Below, piece by piece: positions 62,001 through 64,000 of a stretch of 64,000 bases of DNA (position 1 is the stretch's first letter; the number at the start of each line of letters is the position of its first letter). A program made the position numbers and the translations under genes. Location: contig CM097885.1 in NCBI GenBank assembly GCA_044892525.1, positions 744,001-808,000 on the forward strand, in the 5' to 3' direction. Source of the stretch: Schmidtea polychroa (taxonomy: Eukaryota). The notes below the pieces were generated by a model that did no database searches, was not told the origin of the DNA, and saw only the letters and a list, made by a program, of their open reading frames with translations.

Positions 62001-63734
62001 TTAAATTTATGTGAATAATAAAATATATATTGTGAATTGTTTGACTTAGTTAATTAAAATGTGTTTTATCATTTAATTATTCATTTGTCCAATTAATTTA
62101 GATAATTAGTTTCAAGTAAGAAATATTATTTTTGTGTTTATTTTATTTATTTATTTATTTTTTCCGAAATATTAATATCCAGTTTATCTAAAATTAACTC
62201 AGCGTTTTATTTTATAATAAATTAAATAATTTCTAATTAAAATATATTCAAATTGAATAATTACTAATTAAAATTTTATTCAAATTGAAATATTATCGTT
62301 ATAATTTACCTCTTGTTAGAATATAATGTAAATGTAAAATTAAAAAAAAAAATAAAATAAAAAATAAAAAATAAAAAATAAAAAAAAAATAAAAAAATAA
62401 TAATAATAAATAAAATAATAAAATAATAAAATAATACTAAAATAAAAGCATAATAAAATAATTAATTAAGAAAATTAAAAAGAAAAAAAAATAAATAGAA
62501 GTAATTAAATAAAATTAAAAAATAAATAAATTAATTAAAAAAAAAAAATAATAATAATAATAATAATAATTAAATAGCGTAAGTAATTAAAATAAAATAT
62601 TAATAAACTAATAAATTAATTAAATGTAATAAATTAAAATAAAACATAATAAAATAAGTTATTAATAAAATTAAAATGAAAAAAAAAAAAAAAAAAAAAA
62701 TTAAAAAGAAGTAATTAAATAAAATGTTAATTAAAAAAAAATGATTCGATTGACCTATATTTGATCTGGACATTGGGATGACCTTGAAAGTGTCCTGGAG
62801 TCCTTACTATTCACTACTGTAGATATCACTGATGTTTTAAGTCATTACCTTTCAATGTTACTCCTTTTGCTTTTTAATTTCATCTTCACCTAACAAACTA
62901 TAATATTATGGCATAAGAAAACCACATTCTTTATATTTAAGACCTTTATTCATATCTTTGAATTTTCAAATGACAGAATCAAGGTTCTTACTGTATAAGG
63001 GATGATTTGGGTTATAATTTCAAGTGTCTGGAAGGTTATCCCTAATCATCATACATTATTTAATAGTAAATTGTTCCTATAGTAATCAAAACTATTCATA
63101 AAATTGTTGTTGCTAAATCTTATTCAAATTTTACTTATAGGTTTCCTACCCATTTTTTAATAATAAATGTAAGGTTAAATCCTCTACAGCACCTAACAGT
63201 ATTACAAAATTACAAACTAAAATTTAATAAAACTTTTTAATAAATTTAATAAATTAAAACTTTGATTAGCATGCATCCAATCAAAATTTAATAAATGAAA
63301 GTATTTAATTATCTAAATTTAAAAAATGTCTAATAAAAATAGCACTAATATAAATAGAAAATAGTACATCTGTTATTGGAATGTCATGTAAACCTCCTGT
63401 TCATTACCTTCAATATAATATGTAATATTCGAAATATCCTATTGCTTATTCTTTTAAGGTATTTATTTTTAATTATCTCTATTGATTTTTGGTTGGAACA
63501 AGTTAATTTAAAAGCCTAATCAAAAGTCTATCAATATTGCTATGTTCAACAATGTCCTTGAATAAATTTACTGTATAAGGAATGATTTGGGTCATAATTT
63601 GAAGTGTCTAGTAGGTTATCTCTAATCATCACAGGTGAAAGAATATCAAGAGAAAAAATTTTAATTTCCAAGATTAATTGATATCAATGTCCCCCAGCAA
63701 CGATATTAATTATATTACAATATATTTTTGTAAC

Positions 63735-63920
63735 TCTTCATGATGCAGCTGATATATTCTAAGTATCGATAGATCAAGTGCAGATTGTCCAATGTAACTT
63801 GGTCTATTTAAACATATAGAATCAGGATTTAACAATGCTGCTATTAAATTATCATCGATTTTTATTGATTTTTAAATGTAGGTTTTGATGTACACGAGAC
63901 TATAAAACTTCTTCCGCTTA
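63735..63920 (-). pseudogene. Short degraded pPolB fragment
   Basis: Translates as IDDNLIAALLNPDSICLNRPSYIGQSALDLSILRIYQ. Confidence 0.6.
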
Positions 63921-64000
63921 ACCTACTTATTTAATTATTTCAGTGATAGTGAAATGAATTTCTGTTATTTTATTAATTAACAAGCTACTTCCTTGTGATT

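Overview
AT-rich eukaryotic (metazoan-type; a planarian is plausible but unverified) repeat-dense region with no recognisable host protein gene. The main feature is a near-complete ~15.9 kb Polinton/Maverick (adintovirus-type) element at 4731-20625. It has AGTAGT termini, ~1 kb TIRs and a 6-bp TSD. It encodes MCP, a ZnF-PLA2-integrase fusion, packaging ATPase, a pX-like protein, adenain protease, penton, fibre-like and membrane proteins, and pPolB. It is nested in the pPolB gene of an older Polinton, whose empty site survives at ~61025. Unexpected structure: (i) seven outward-pointing tRNA-derived, Pol III-type units in and beside the TIRs, including a tRNA-Asp-headed ~370-nt structured unit, reminiscent of adenoviral VA RNAs; (ii) each end is a self-contained 246-bp unit bounded by the 24-bp terminus in inverted orientation; (iii) an in-frame UGA conserved in two diverged NeSL/R5-like retrotransposon subfamilies at the Trp position of a Ulp1-like motif, a readthrough candidate. 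The rest is a full-length but dead hAT transposon, rearranged R2 and NeSL-like fragments almost all on the minus strand, a 28S rDNA 3' fragment with spacer repeats, AT-rich satellites, microsatellites and local segmental duplications.
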